A stretch of 38,208 nucleotides of DNA from a virus (taxonomy: Duplodnaviria; Heunggongvirae; Uroviricota; Caudoviricetes). Under the pieces are notes generated by a model, which saw only the letters and a program-made list of their open reading frames with translations, made no database searches and was not told the DNA's origin. Position numbers and translations under genes: made by a program. Where the stretch lies: IMG/VR virus record IMGVR_UViG_3300029705_000040, positions 1 to 38,208 of that record; one strand, written 5' to 3'. Positions within the stretch are counted from its first letter, which is position 1; each line of letters begins with the position of its first letter. Positions 1-9,962 of the stretch are shown here, piece by piece.

Positions 1-2
1 GG

Positions 3-602
3 GGGGGGGCAATAACCCCTGATGAACCTGATGAACCTACTGTAGCAGAGGTGTCTGATTTAACCGAAGTTTCTGCACTTGAGGATGGCACTTCTTTTAT
101 CTTCTCTGGAGAATGCTATGTAGTTGCTGTTAAGGGTAATTATGCATTATTGTGCGATGCTACTGGTTATGCTACAGTTTATATGAATGGTGGGTTACCA
201 GAAGAGTTTACTACTTAGGGATAGGTTATAACAGATTTTACTGGTACTGTTAAACTATACCATGATGGAGTGCAGTTAACAAACATTAATGATATCGGTT
301 ATGATGATTATTTAGTTGAAGTAAATCCTTACGAAATAGCTACAATATAGGATGCTCCAGGTTACTATATCGTTAAAGGTATATCAATAGAAGAGTATGA
401 TGATACTTATTACATTGCAAATCTTGATGGTGAGCCACTGCTGTATATTCCTAGAGAGGATAATTATGAGATAGCGCCAGGTCTTACCTATGATATTGTT
501 TTCGCTCAAATGTATTATAGTTCTAGATATTCTTATCCACTTAGCATAAACTCGAATCAAATTTATCTAGAGTCTATTACAGAATGTGAAGGGATAGAAT
601 AA
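3..602 (+). CDS. 3' part of a surface/virion protein (Pro/acidic linker then OB-fold-like beta domain), open only with TAG read-through; 5' truncated at a poly-G run
   Basis: Frame 3 reads GGAITPDEPDEPTVAEVSDL...EGIE to TAA 600-602, with TAG at 216, 222 and 348 and no TAA/TGA before the end. The fold assignment is inference. Confidence 0.75.
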
Positions 603-691
603 AATTGGTGTTTTTTAACGGTATATATAAATGAACAAAGATTGCTTGGCCAAGCAAAATAAAATAATTAGAAATAAGGAAATTTTTATTA

Positions 692-1567
692 ATGGATACA
701 ATTAATACTGAAAATGTTATGGAACTTAATTTTGTAGATGATTCTGTTGAAGTAAGACAAAACTTGCTTTTAACTAACGCTAGAGCTAGATATGCTAATT
801 ATAGAAATTGTAGATGTCAAGGCATTGTTTGGCAACCCAGTGATACAACAGATGATGAGGGAAATGCTCTAGTTCCTGAGTTTGAAAATTGCACCTTTAC
901 AGCATGCTCATTCCTTGAACTTCCTGAAACTGCTGTAATTAGATTCTATGGTGTAAATACTTTCTATAATTGTCATTTTGGTCCTGATCAAACTGTAGTT
1001 ATTGATAGCAATTGCGAATTCTATAACTGCCAAAATGTTAATATTAAATTTGCTGAGGCTAAAGCATATAAGCTTAATGTTATCGGTGGTAACATCGCAT
1101 TCCCTCAAATCACTTCTACAGCTGTTGCAGGTACTTATCCTCTCGAACTCCAAATGACTGGAGGTAAGTTAACTCTTCCTTCTGTTGTTGTTTATGGTGA
1201 TTGGGTACTTAATCTTACTAATGTTAATGTTGTAAGCTCAGCAGCTACTTGCGCATTTACTAGCATGACTATGACTGGTTGCAAATTCCAGGGTGTAGAT
1301 AACCTTTATGCAGATAGAGTAGTTGGTTCAAGTCTTGCATTTAGCGGAACTTCTGCTTCTAATATTACTTTGCAAGGTGGTTCAGTAATTGGTAATACTA
1401 TTGAAAATAAAACTGCAGATGGCACGATGCTAACAGCAAAAACTGGTGTTACTTTCAATTGCTCAATTGACGTCGCTAACCGCGTAAATATGGCTAACAG
1501 AACTATGACTACAGGCTCAAGCGCTAAAACTGTAGAACATAACTACAATGGAGCTGAAACTCTTTAA
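692..1567 (+). CDS. Probable beta-helix (pectin-lyase-like) virion-associated protein
   Basis: 291 aa, rich in N/T/G/V/C beta-strand repeats (FENCTFTACSF, NTFYNCHFG); AAGGA RBS upstream. Confidence 0.55.
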   Translation: MDTINTENVMELNFVDDSVEVRQNLLLTNARARYANYRNCRCQGIVWQPSDTTDDEGNALVPEFENCTFTACSFLELPETAVIRFYGVNTFYNCHFGPDQTVVIDSNCEFYNCQNVNIKFAEAKAYKLNVIGGNIAFPQITSTAVAGTYPLELQMTGGKLTLPSVVVYGDWVLNLTNVNVVSSAATCAFTSMTMTGCKFQGVDNLYADRVVGSSLAFSGTSASNITLQGGSVIGNTIENKTADGTMLTAKTGVTFNCSIDVANRVNMANRTMTTGSSAKTVEHNYNGAETL

Positions 1568-1604
1568 TTCCCATAACAATTCTTAAAATAAATAATTAAA
1601 ATAG

Positions 1605-1633
1605 TTGATCTTTTCCTTTATTTATATTATAAT
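1605..1633 (+). promoter_or_regulatory. sigma70/sigmaA-type phage promoter, AG-TTGATC-N17-TATAAT
   Basis: TTGATC 1605-10, 17-nt spacer, TATAAT 1628-33; one of 11 copies in the window. Confidence 0.85.
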
Positions 1634-1667
1634 ATAATTGTAAATAAAGGAAGAGGTCATTTTTATT

Positions 1668-2822
1668 ATGAAATACACAATCCATAAAGATTTAGTAGCA
1701 ATGTTCGAAGAAAAGATGAAAAAATTTGCATCTAAATTCGAAAAATATGGTACCTGCGAATATCTTAAATCTAAGCCTTATGTGTGCTTAAACGAAAATA
1801 GTCCTAGATATCTTTATGAGTTAGTAGATATTGATGTAAATGCTTCTTATAAAGTTGGTGATTATTCTTTTGTAGCATCTCTCGAATGGGTAGAAGAAGC
1901 TCAAGAAAATCTTATTAAGAAAATTTCTGAGGATATTTATGTTCCTGAAATTTATAAGACTCGCAGAGAATGCGATCATTGCAACACTAAGCGCTACAGA
2001 AAATCTACAATTATTTTGAAAAATAATGAAACCGATGATTATATCCAGGTAGGTAAAAGTTGTGTAAAAGATTACACTGGTGTAGATTTGGGTAGATACG
2101 CTGCTTATTTGTCTTTCTTCGATGACCTTGAGCAATATTTGCAAGAATGTGAAAAAGACAATATCACCAGAATTAAGCCCATGTATAAGGTGAGCTATAT
2201 TTTGGAGCAAGCTGCAGAAGAAGTTAGACATCATGGTTATATCAGCAAGAGCAAGTCCTGGGAATTAGAGACTGATAGCACTTCTAGTAGAGTGTTTATG
2301 ATGATTACTAATTATATAGACTACTATACTGGCAAGAAAACTTATGAAACATATAAAGAAATATCTAAAGAAGCAAAAGAAACTGTAGAAAATGTGTATT
2401 CTTTCTATAGAGATCTTGATTCGTCTGATGATTATGTAAATAATATTAAAACTATTCTTAAGACTGATTATGTTGGCGCAGATAAAATTGGGTTAGTTGT
2501 TTCTGCTATTGGTACAAAACTTCGCATTGAAAATCAGAATAAAGAAAAAGAGCAAAAAGCTCAGTCAAATTATGTTGGCGAAGTTGGGCAAAAAATCACA
2601 TTTAAGGCTATACCTGAATGCGTATATTCTGGAAGTAGCCAATTTGGTTGGGTATATATTTATAAAATGAAAGTCGGTAATGATGAGATTGTTTGGACAA
2701 CCAGCAAAGATTTAGCTCCAGATACTGAGCTCGAATTTACAGCGACTGTTAAAGCCCATGAGGAATATAGAGGTTGTAAGCAAACAGAAATCACGAGAGC
2801 GAGAACAAAAATTGCTTTATAA
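1668..2822 (+). CDS. Conserved phage protein with CxxC zinc site and C-terminal OB-fold-like domain
   Basis: 384 aa; CDHC motif, QVGKSCVKDYTG, C-terminal YVGEVGQKITF...VKAHEEYRGCKQTEITR. Confidence 0.6.
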   Translation: MKYTIHKDLVAMFEEKMKKFASKFEKYGTCEYLKSKPYVCLNENSPRYLYELVDIDVNASYKVGDYSFVASLEWVEEAQENLIKKISEDIYVPEIYKTRRECDHCNTKRYRKSTIILKNNETDDYIQVGKSCVKDYTGVDLGRYAAYLSFFDDLEQYLQECEKDNITRIKPMYKVSYILEQAAEEVRHHGYISKSKSWELETDSTSSRVFMMITNYIDYYTGKKTYETYKEISKEAKETVENVYSFYRDLDSSDDYVNNIKTILKTDYVGADKIGLVVSAIGTKLRIENQNKEKEQKAQSNYVGEVGQKITFKAIPECVYSGSSQFGWVYIYKMKVGNDEIVWTTSKDLAPDTELEFTATVKAHEEYRGCKQTEITRARTKIAL

Positions 2823-2837
2823 TATAAAATAGTAAAT

Positions 2838-2869
2838 AAATAAGCTCAGATAAAATTCTGAGCTTATTT
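2838..2869 (+). terminator. Intrinsic terminator-like hairpin
   Basis: AAATAAGCTCAGA-6 nt-TCTGAGCTTATTT followed by T. Confidence 0.75.
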
Positions 2870-2871
2870 TC

Positions 2872-3093
2872 ATGTATAGATATATAGAGGACAAACTTAT
2901 GGATACACCTTCTATTTCATTTAAAATTGGTGAAAAAATTAAGAATAAAAGTGGCGAAATTATATACATATGCGACATTGTATATTCGATGGTAGAAAAA
3001 GGCTGGTTAGTAATATACTACGAGTTAGATAAGCAAGATAAAATTCAAAAAATGAACACTATGTCTTTAGATCTTTTTAGCATGGGGTTGTGA
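2872..3093 (+). CDS. Hypothetical protein
   Basis: 73 aa ORF in the gene strand. Confidence 0.6.
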   Translation: MYRYIEDKLMDTPSISFKIGEKIKNKSGEIIYICDIVYSMVEKGWLVIYYELDKQDKIQKMNTMSLDLFSMGL

Positions 3094-3096
3094 TAT

Positions 3097-3642
3097 ATGG
3101 ATAGTAAGGAATTATGGCACCAGTATAATTTATCTTATGATGACCAACTCAACTTCCTAAAAAATAAATACGGATTACCTCAAGGAAATTATTTTCTTAC
3201 TGAGAGTTGCAAATCTACAAATAACAAAATAAAAAGAGCTAAAGAAGGACTTTACGTGCATCATGATTATGAGTGGAATCCAAATGACTGGACATGTCAT
3301 AGCTTAAGCACTCAAGAATTAGCCTTAAAATACCCTTTCGAATATCAATTAAGTGATCATCTAACATACTGTAACATGTTAGAGCATTTAATGTTGCATA
3401 TGAAAATTTATAGATTAAGACGCGATTATCTAGGTGGACCAATTTTTACAGATGGGGTACAAAATTTCTTGATACCACAAATAAATGATATTTATCAGAC
3501 TAGAAAATATAAGCAAGAATGGCTTATAGCAACAAAAGAAGCTATAGTAGAAAATTATAATGATTATATTGAGCTGATAAAAATTCATGCAGAAGATAGT
3601 GATCAAGATGTTGTAGATCTATATGGTTTATCTTTAAGATAA
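3097..3642 (+). CDS. HNH-like nuclease family protein
   Basis: GLYVHHDYE...HLTYCNMLEHLMLH His/Asn pattern. Confidence 0.5.
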   Translation: MDSKELWHQYNLSYDDQLNFLKNKYGLPQGNYFLTESCKSTNNKIKRAKEGLYVHHDYEWNPNDWTCHSLSTQELALKYPFEYQLSDHLTYCNMLEHLMLHMKIYRLRRDYLGGPIFTDGVQNFLIPQINDIYQTRKYKQEWLIATKEAIVENYNDYIELIKIHAEDSDQDVVDLYGLSLR

Positions 3643-3715
3643 TGTATAACAAACTATGTGTGGATAAACTATTTACTTAAGAATAGTTAGTCCTTTTCCA
3701 TATAGAGGGAGTAAT

Positions 3716-4975
3716 ATGTTTATAGTAAAAAGAAGCGGTAAGCGTGAAAAATTTGACAAAGAAAAAATAAAAATTGTTTTAGAAAAAGCTAATGAAACAG
3801 TTTTAGAAGAGTATCGAATATCTAAAACTATAATAAACAATATAGCTGAGAAGATCGAGAAGCTAGCAGAAGAAAATGCAACTATGTTTACTATAGATGA
3901 TATCCAGGATGCAGTGGAAGATTATCTCATTAAAATAAATAAATATGAGTTAGCTAAATCATATATAAAACATAGATATACGAAAGAATTAGCTAGAGAT
4001 AAATATTCTAAGATGATGGATGCTATTGCGAATAAAGTAGCATGCAAAGATATCCAAAATCAAAATGCTAACTTAGATGAAAAATCTTTTGGTGGTAGAA
4101 TTGGTGAAACATCATCTTTAATAATGAAACAGTTTGCTTTAGATTATTGTGTATCACCCAAAACTAGAGAGAATCATCTCAATAATGAGGTTTATATACA
4201 TGACCTCGATTCTTATGCTGTTGGAAGTCATAACTGTTTAAGTATTCCTTTTGATAAGCTATTAGCTAAAGGCTTTAATACTAGACAAACTGATGTTAGA
4301 CCTGCAAATAGTGTTAATACAGCCATGCAGTTAGTTGCTGTTATATTCCAATTACAAAGTTTACAACAATTCGGTGGAGTAAGTGCAACACATCTAGATT
4401 GGACGATGGTTCCATATGTGAGAAAATCTTTTGCAAAACATTTTAAAGATGGTATGGAAGAATTACCTTTCAAGTGGTGGAAATTGTTTAAGGATACTAG
4501 AAACTATCAACCACCAAAAGAATTACCTTTCGATGATGCTACTATAAACTTAAAAAGATTTAGAAGAGTTTATAGATATGCTATGAAAATGACTAAAAAA
4601 GAAACCCATCAAGCAGTAGAAGCTTTATATCATAACTTAAATACATTGCAAAGTAGATCTGGCTGCCAACTTCCTTTCACCAGCATTAATTTAGGAACAT
4701 GTACGCAAGAAGAAGGGCGGTTAGTCAGTAAAGAAATTCTTACTGTGTGTAGACAGGGTTTAGGTAAGTTTCATAAAACATCTATCTTCCCATGTGTTAT
4801 ATTTCAATGCATGAAGGGTGTTAACCGTAAAAAGGGTGATCCTAATTATGATTTATTTAGGCTAGCATTAAAATCAACTGCTGAGAGATTATACCCCAAC
4901 TATGCTAATGTAGATTGGAGTGGTAATGCTGGATATGATCCAAAAGATCCTAAAACATATTTTTCAACGATGGGT
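3716..4975 (+). CDS. nrdD: Anaerobic (class III) ribonucleotide reductase, exon 1, with N-terminal ATP cone
   Basis: MFIVKRSGKREKFDKEKI ATP cone; YIHDLD, NCL, QFGG, SGCQLPFTSINLG; exon ends ...YFSTMG at T4975. Confidence 0.93.
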
Positions 4976-6039
4976 AAGCGTAAACTACAGCTCATCTAAA
5001 ATCTTTTGAACCTCGCTCGAGGGTGTTTAATATTACTAAATGGGTAGAACCTTAAATATTTTTAATTAAAGGTTATGCTAAATTTATTGATAATATTTTG
5101 CTAACGGTTAGGTCCAGACATCCTGGATGAGACCGTGCTAAGCGGGTGAGGATAGATTTGGTTATATACAAAATAACATGTTTAAAAAATAATAAAATTT
5201 ATATAGGTCAAACAAAAAATACATCTAGAAGACGTTTCGAACATCATGTTAAAGGTGCCTTAACAAATGATTTAGATACGCATTTAGCTAGAGCTATAAG
5301 AAAATATGGTCCAGAAAACTTTATTTTAGAAGATATAGATTTTGCTGAAAATCAAGAAGATTTAACTGAAAAAGAGTATTATTGGATAAATTTTTATGAA
5401 AGCTTTAAGCCAGATATTGGTTATAATGAGACAAATAATAAAAATAAATGCGGCGGAAATACATATAAATTTAAAAGTATTGAAGAAATGCAGAAAATAA
5501 AACGTAAAATCTCAAAAGCAAATTCTGGTTCTAAAAATGGTATGTCAAAAGGTGTTAAATGTAAAAACACAAAAAGCGGAGAAGAATTTCATTTTGGTTC
5601 GACCGCGGAATGTGCTAGGTTTTTTGGTACATATGTAACTGGTTTTATAAGAAAACGCTGTTGTGGTTACAATTACCTATATAAAAATACCTGGGCTTTT
5701 GCTTGGGAAGATGATCAATTTCTTTTAGAATATGAGAATTTTGATCCATCTACTAGAAAAGGAATAAAAGTTTAGCTTTTAAATTTAGAAACAAAAGAGG
5801 TATATACTTTTAATAGTAAAAGTAAAGCAGCAAAATTTCTAAATGTTGAGTTAGCAATTATTAAACATGATATTATTGTAAATAATTATAGAATATCTAT
5901 TCTCAACTGAAAGTGTATCGACTATTCCTGATGAGTTTAAGGAAGTAGGATTGGAGATAAGCACCAATCCGAAGCGGAAGACTACTTATAATAAAAGTAG
6001 AAGATATAGTCAGTGCTAACAGTAATGTTAGATAAAATG
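4976..6039 (+). mobile_element. Group I intron (1064 nt) in nrdD
   Basis: Exon ends in U; GATGGGT pairs with the internal guide GCTCATC giving a U.G pair at the splice site; S element AAGATATAGTC 6001-6011; terminal G6039; splicing restores STMG|CRTANG in frame. Confidence 0.92.
5146..5910 (+). CDS. Intron-encoded GIY-YIG homing endonuclease with NUMOD/IENR-like DNA-binding repeats (254 aa with TAG 5773-75 read as Gln)
   Basis: IYKIT...IYIGQT motif; read-through adds a second repeat (KGIKVQLLNLETKEVYTFNSKSKAAKFLN) matching the first (KGVKCKNTKSGEEFHFGSTAECARFFG); TGA 5908-10. Confidence 0.88.
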
Positions 6040-7014
6040 TGTAGAACAGCGAATGGTTATGATATAAACGGCTTTGCTCAACTAAAAGACGGTAGAGGAA
6101 ACATAGCACCTACTACTATAATTCTTCCAACATTAGCTATGGAAGCAGAGAAAGATGTTAAGAAATTTATGCGCCTTTTGAGAATTAAGTTAGAAGAAGC
6201 GAAAGATTCTTTAATTGATAGATTCGAATGGATTTCAAGTCAATCATCAGATTCTGCAAAATTTATGTATGAAAATGGAACTATGGAAGGTTACATTCCG
6301 AAAGAAGGAATTAGATCAGCATTAAAACATGGTACTTTAGCTATCGGTATGTTAGGTATGGCTGAGACTTTAGAATTATTAGTTGGTTGTAATCATACTA
6401 AACCAGAAGGAATGAAACTAGCAAAGAGAATTTGTTCCTTATATAAACAAAAATGTGCTGAGTATAAAGAAACATATAAGCTTAATTTTGGCGTATATTA
6501 CACACCAGCTGAGAATCTTTGTTATACTGCAATGAATAAATTTGTAGAAGCTTATGGTGTTATTCCTAAAGTTTCAGATCATGAGTATTTTACAAATTCT
6601 ATCCACGTACCAGTTTGGGAAGAAATAGATGCTTTTGAAAAAATAAGAATTGAAAGTGAGCTTACTGGATATAGTTCAGCTGGTTGTATAACATATACTG
6701 AGTTAGATGCATCTGTAGCAAAAAACATAGATGCTTTAGAAGATTTAGTTAATTTTGCTATGGATCATGATATCCCGTACTATGCGATTAATGTACCGGT
6801 AGATCAATGTATGAGTTGTGGCTATCAAGCAGAAATTACAGAAGATATTTGTCCTAAATGCGGTAGTACAAAAATACAGCGATTGAGACGTGTGACAGGT
6901 TATTTGACAGGTTCCTATAAAGATTCTTTCAATTATGGTAAGCAGAAAGAAACCGAAGCTAGGGTAAAACATACAGGTATTTCTGTATTAAAAGATAGCG
7001 AGGATAATGCTTAA
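6040..7014 (+). CDS. nrdD: Class III ribonucleotide reductase, exon 2
   Basis: CRTANG, GRGN, TPAENL, YFTNSIHVP, CxxC-CxxC zinc site, glycyl-radical motif RRVTGYL. Confidence 0.93.
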   Translation, partial: CRTANGYDINGFAQLKDGRGNIAPTTIILPTLAMEAEKDVKKFMRLLRIKLEEAKDSLIDRFEWISSQSSDSAKFMYENGTMEGYIPKEGIRSALKHGTLAIGMLGMAETLELLVGCNHTKPEGMKLAKRICSLYKQKCAEYKETYKLNFGVYYTPAENLCYTAMNKFVEAYGVIPKVSDHEYFTNSIHVPVWEEIDAFEKIRIESELTGYSSAGCITYTELDASVAKNIDALEDLVNFAMDHDIPYYAINVPVDQCMSCGYQAEITEDICPKCGSTKIQRLRRVTGYLTGSYKDSFNYGKQKETEARVKHTGISVLKDSEDNA

Positions 7015-7481
7015 TGAATATTTGTGACATTACGACCTGTGATGTTTGCAATGGTGAGGGTATTGGTGTAGTTCTTTGGATATCTGGTTGTGATGTCCAA
7101 TGTCCAGGTTGTCATAATAAAGAAACCTGGGATCCAAATTTCGGTAAGCCTTTTGATGAAAATGCTAAACAAAAATTATTTTCAGAGTTAGAAAGACCTG
7201 AAATAAAACGGTTAACACTTTCTGGTGGTCACCCACTTATGCCGTGCAACTTTATAGCTGTCAAAAATTTACTAGAAGAAGTCAGAGAAAAATTTCCTAA
7301 AATTATTATTTGGTTATATACTGGATACACTTATGAGAGTCTATCTGTAGAGCAGTTAGAAATGATACACTCTTGCGTAGATGTATTAGTAGATGGACCA
7401 TTTATAGAAGAGGAAAAAGATATATCCTTAGAGTTTAGAGGCTCTAGAAATCAAAATATAATAAGAATAACTGGAAAGTAA
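7014..7481 (+). CDS. nrdG: Anaerobic RNR activating enzyme (radical SAM)
   Basis: GCDVQCPGCHN (CxxxCxxC), LTLSGGHPL, DVLVDGPF, RGSRNQ; directly follows nrdD. Confidence 0.93.
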   Translation: MNICDITTCDVCNGEGIGVVLWISGCDVQCPGCHNKETWDPNFGKPFDENAKQKLFSELERPEIKRLTLSGGHPLMPCNFIAVKNLLEEVREKFPKIIIWLYTGYTYESLSVEQLEMIHSCVDVLVDGPFIEEEKDISLEFRGSRNQNIIRITGK

Positions 7482-7486
7482 TTTTT

Positions 7487-7510
7487 AAGACCCCTGCATT
7501 TAGGGGTCTT
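7487..7510 (+). terminator. Intrinsic terminator
   Basis: AAGACCCCT-GCATTT-AGGGGTCTT followed by a T run. Confidence 0.85.
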
Positions 7511-7545
7511 TTATTTTGTATAATATTATGTGGAGGACTATTTAA

Positions 7546-7944
7546 GTGGATAAATATTACGATGATTCTATGCGAATGGATGATTTAGAAACTGAAATGA
7601 CAAATAGAGAGCTTAAAGAATATATAGATAGAAAAATAAGCGATGCTTGCCAAATGTCTTTAGCGCATGATTCGGATATATTACCTGGGTTTACCATGAC
7701 AACTAGCTCAGATAAAGACGCCGGAGATGATAGTCAAGATAACATAGAATGCATAGATTATATTTTAGATAAAAACTTAAATTACTGTTTAGGTAATGCT
7801 ATACAGTATATAAGTAAATGCGATCTTTCAAATAATGCTTCTATTGATGCTAAATATAAAGCGATTGAAAATTTAAGAAAAGCTATTGAGTACTTAAATA
7901 CAGAAATAGAGAGAATTGATAGATCTACGGTAAAAAATAGTTGA
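7546..7944 (+). CDS. DUF3310-like phage protein
   Basis: IECIDYI...YCLGNAIQYI...ENLRKAIEYL pattern. Confidence 0.65.
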   Translation: MDKYYDDSMRMDDLETEMTNRELKEYIDRKISDACQMSLAHDSDILPGFTMTTSSDKDAGDDSQDNIECIDYILDKNLNYCLGNAIQYISKCDLSNNASIDAKYKAIENLRKAIEYLNTEIERIDRSTVKNS

Positions 7945-7969
7945 AATTACTTATAATAAATTATATAAT
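7941..7969 (+). promoter_or_regulatory. Phage promoter AG-TTGAAA-N17-TATAAT
   Basis: -35 overlaps the TGA stop of the upstream gene; TATAAT 7964-69. Confidence 0.75.
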
Positions 7970-7988
7970 ATAAGCAAGAGGTACATAT

Positions 7989-8570
7989 ATGTTAGAAGAA
8001 AAAACAAATATTACATATGAGCAATATCAAAAAGATTTTGTTGCTGGCGATCAATTTGTTATGTGGAACGATTTCTCAAATCAACCTGTGCGTTGTGATA
8101 ATAGATTTTATTGGGAGCAACATTCTGTTTATAATCTTATGAAACCAGTTATCCACCGTTGGTTATTTAGCTATAATATACCAGAAGATCAGATTTTTGG
8201 AAGATATGGGTTAGTCGATGACCTTATACCGTATCAACGCCAATACAACTTGCTCATGAACAGTTATACTAATCTGTTAGTTAGATTTACTAGCCCACTT
8301 TTATTAGTAGAAGATGGCTCTGTAGATTGCGATGAGTTATCAGAAGAAGGCTTAGCACCTGGAAAAATTATAGTGTATAGACAGGGCGGAAACCAACCTG
8401 AAATATTATCAACTGTTAGTAGCAATGACTTAGCAGCTATAAGAAAAGCTTGCGAAGAAGCAAAAGATAATTTCTATTCTGCAGTTTATCGAGCAGAAGA
8501 GATATTGAGCTCAAAAAGAAATATTGCTCAAGAAGATAATAATCTAAATATAGAGGTAATAGATGAGTAA
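7989..8570 (+). CDS. Protein resembling an internal fragment of a P22-type portal protein
   Basis: LVDDLIPYQRQYN...LLVEDGSVDCDELSEEGLAPGKIIVYRQGGNQP recalls portal sequences of Clostridial phages; only 193 aa. Confidence 0.5.
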   Translation: MLEEKTNITYEQYQKDFVAGDQFVMWNDFSNQPVRCDNRFYWEQHSVYNLMKPVIHRWLFSYNIPEDQIFGRYGLVDDLIPYQRQYNLLMNSYTNLLVRFTSPLLLVEDGSVDCDELSEEGLAPGKIIVYRQGGNQPEILSTVSSNDLAAIRKACEEAKDNFYSAVYRAEEILSSKRNIAQEDNNLNIEVIDE

Positions 8571-9960
8571 AATTATTATTGTAGGCGGAGGTCCAGCAGG
8601 TCTGTTTACCGCATTAGAACTAATTAAAAACAACTTTGGGGGTCAAATTACCATTTTCGAAAAGGGTAAGTTAGTTCAGAATAGACATTGTCCTAAAGAT
8701 AAGATGAAAAAATGTGTTAACTGTAATCCATGCAACATCACTACAGGTATTAGTGGTGCAGGAGCTTTTTCTGATGGTAAGTTATCTTTAAGTCCGGAAG
8801 TTGGTGGAGATTTTCCTGAACTTATTGGCTACGATAAAGTAGAAGAATTGATCAAATATACTGATAATATCTATTTGGATTTTGGTGCTAGCGAAACTAT
8901 AGAAGGTTTAAATTTAGATAATCCAGAAGTTACTGAGATTAGAAGAAGAGCGATTAAAGCTGGTTTGAAACTGGTGGATTGTCCAGTGCGGCATTTAGGT
9001 ACAGAAGAAGCTCATAAAGTTTACTATAATATCCAACAATATCTTATTGAGAATGGTGTTGAGATTATAGATCGAGTTGAAGTAGACGATTTGATTATTG
9101 AAAACAATAGATGTGTAGGTGTAATTACCGATAAACGCTTTATCACCGAGACTAAACATTATGCTGATAAGGTAATTGTAGCTACAGGTCGAAGAGGGGC
9201 AGCGTGGTTAGAAGAATGCTGCAGAAAACATAATATTGCACACTTACCAGGTACTGTAGATATTGGTGTCCGTGTTGAGTGTAGAAATGAAATTATGGAA
9301 ACTATCAATAAAAATTTATATGAAGGAAAATTGATTGGTTACCCTAATCCATTTAGAAATAAAGTAAGAACTTTCTGTCAAAATCCAGGTGGGTTTGTTG
9401 CTCAAGAAAATTATGACGAAGGTTTAGCAGTAGTAAACGGCCATTCTTTTAAAAATACTAAATCAACAAATACTAATCTAGCGATTCTCTGCTCACACAA
9501 TTTTACTACACCATTTAATCAACCTATCGAATATGCTAAGATGGTAGGTCAGCTGACAAATATGCTCGGTGATGGACACATTTTGGTGCAAAGATTTGGT
9601 GATATTCTCAATGGTAAGCGAACCTGGCAAAAAGAATTAAATAGAAGTAATGTTAAACCCACTCTTCCTGATGCTATTGCTGGTGATATTACTGCTGCGA
9701 TGCCTTATAGAGCCATGACTAACATTATAAACTTTATTAAACAGTTAGATGAGGTTGTTCCAGGTTTTGCGAGTGATGAGACTCTCTTATACAGTCCAGA
9801 ATTAAAGTTTTACAGTAATAAAGTAGAGATGGATAAAAACTTAAATACATCGGTTATCGGTCTACACTGTTTAGGTGACAGCAGTGGTTGGACTAGAGGT
9901 CTTATGATGGCATCGGTTATGGGTGTTTATTGTGCAAGAAAACTTTTGGGAAACAATTAA
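8563..9960 (+). CDS. FAD-dependent oxidoreductase (COG2509-like)
   Basis: IIIVGGGPAG dinucleotide-binding motif, GAGAFSDGKL, ATGRRG, VRTFCQNPGG, C-terminal GDSSGWTRGL. Confidence 0.85.
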   Translation: MSKIIIVGGGPAGLFTALELIKNNFGGQITIFEKGKLVQNRHCPKDKMKKCVNCNPCNITTGISGAGAFSDGKLSLSPEVGGDFPELIGYDKVEELIKYTDNIYLDFGASETIEGLNLDNPEVTEIRRRAIKAGLKLVDCPVRHLGTEEAHKVYYNIQQYLIENGVEIIDRVEVDDLIIENNRCVGVITDKRFITETKHYADKVIVATGRRGAAWLEECCRKHNIAHLPGTVDIGVRVECRNEIMETINKNLYEGKLIGYPNPFRNKVRTFCQNPGGFVAQENYDEGLAVVNGHSFKNTKSTNTNLAILCSHNFTTPFNQPIEYAKMVGQLTNMLGDGHILVQRFGDILNGKRTWQKELNRSNVKPTLPDAIAGDITAAMPYRAMTNIINFIKQLDEVVPGFASDETLLYSPELKFYSNKVEMDKNLNTSVIGLHCLGDSSGWTRGLMMASVMGVYCARKLLGNN

Positions 9961-9962
9961 TT

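Noticed and set aside
3648-3664. NrdR box upstream of nrdD (ACAAACTATGTGTGG)
   Set aside because: Only a partial match to the NrdR palindrome and no second copy.
4976-4999. nrdD ending KRKLQLI at 4999 and a separate gene starting at 6013
   Set aside because: These are intron-derived read-in sequences; splicing at 4975/6040 restores the conserved motif.
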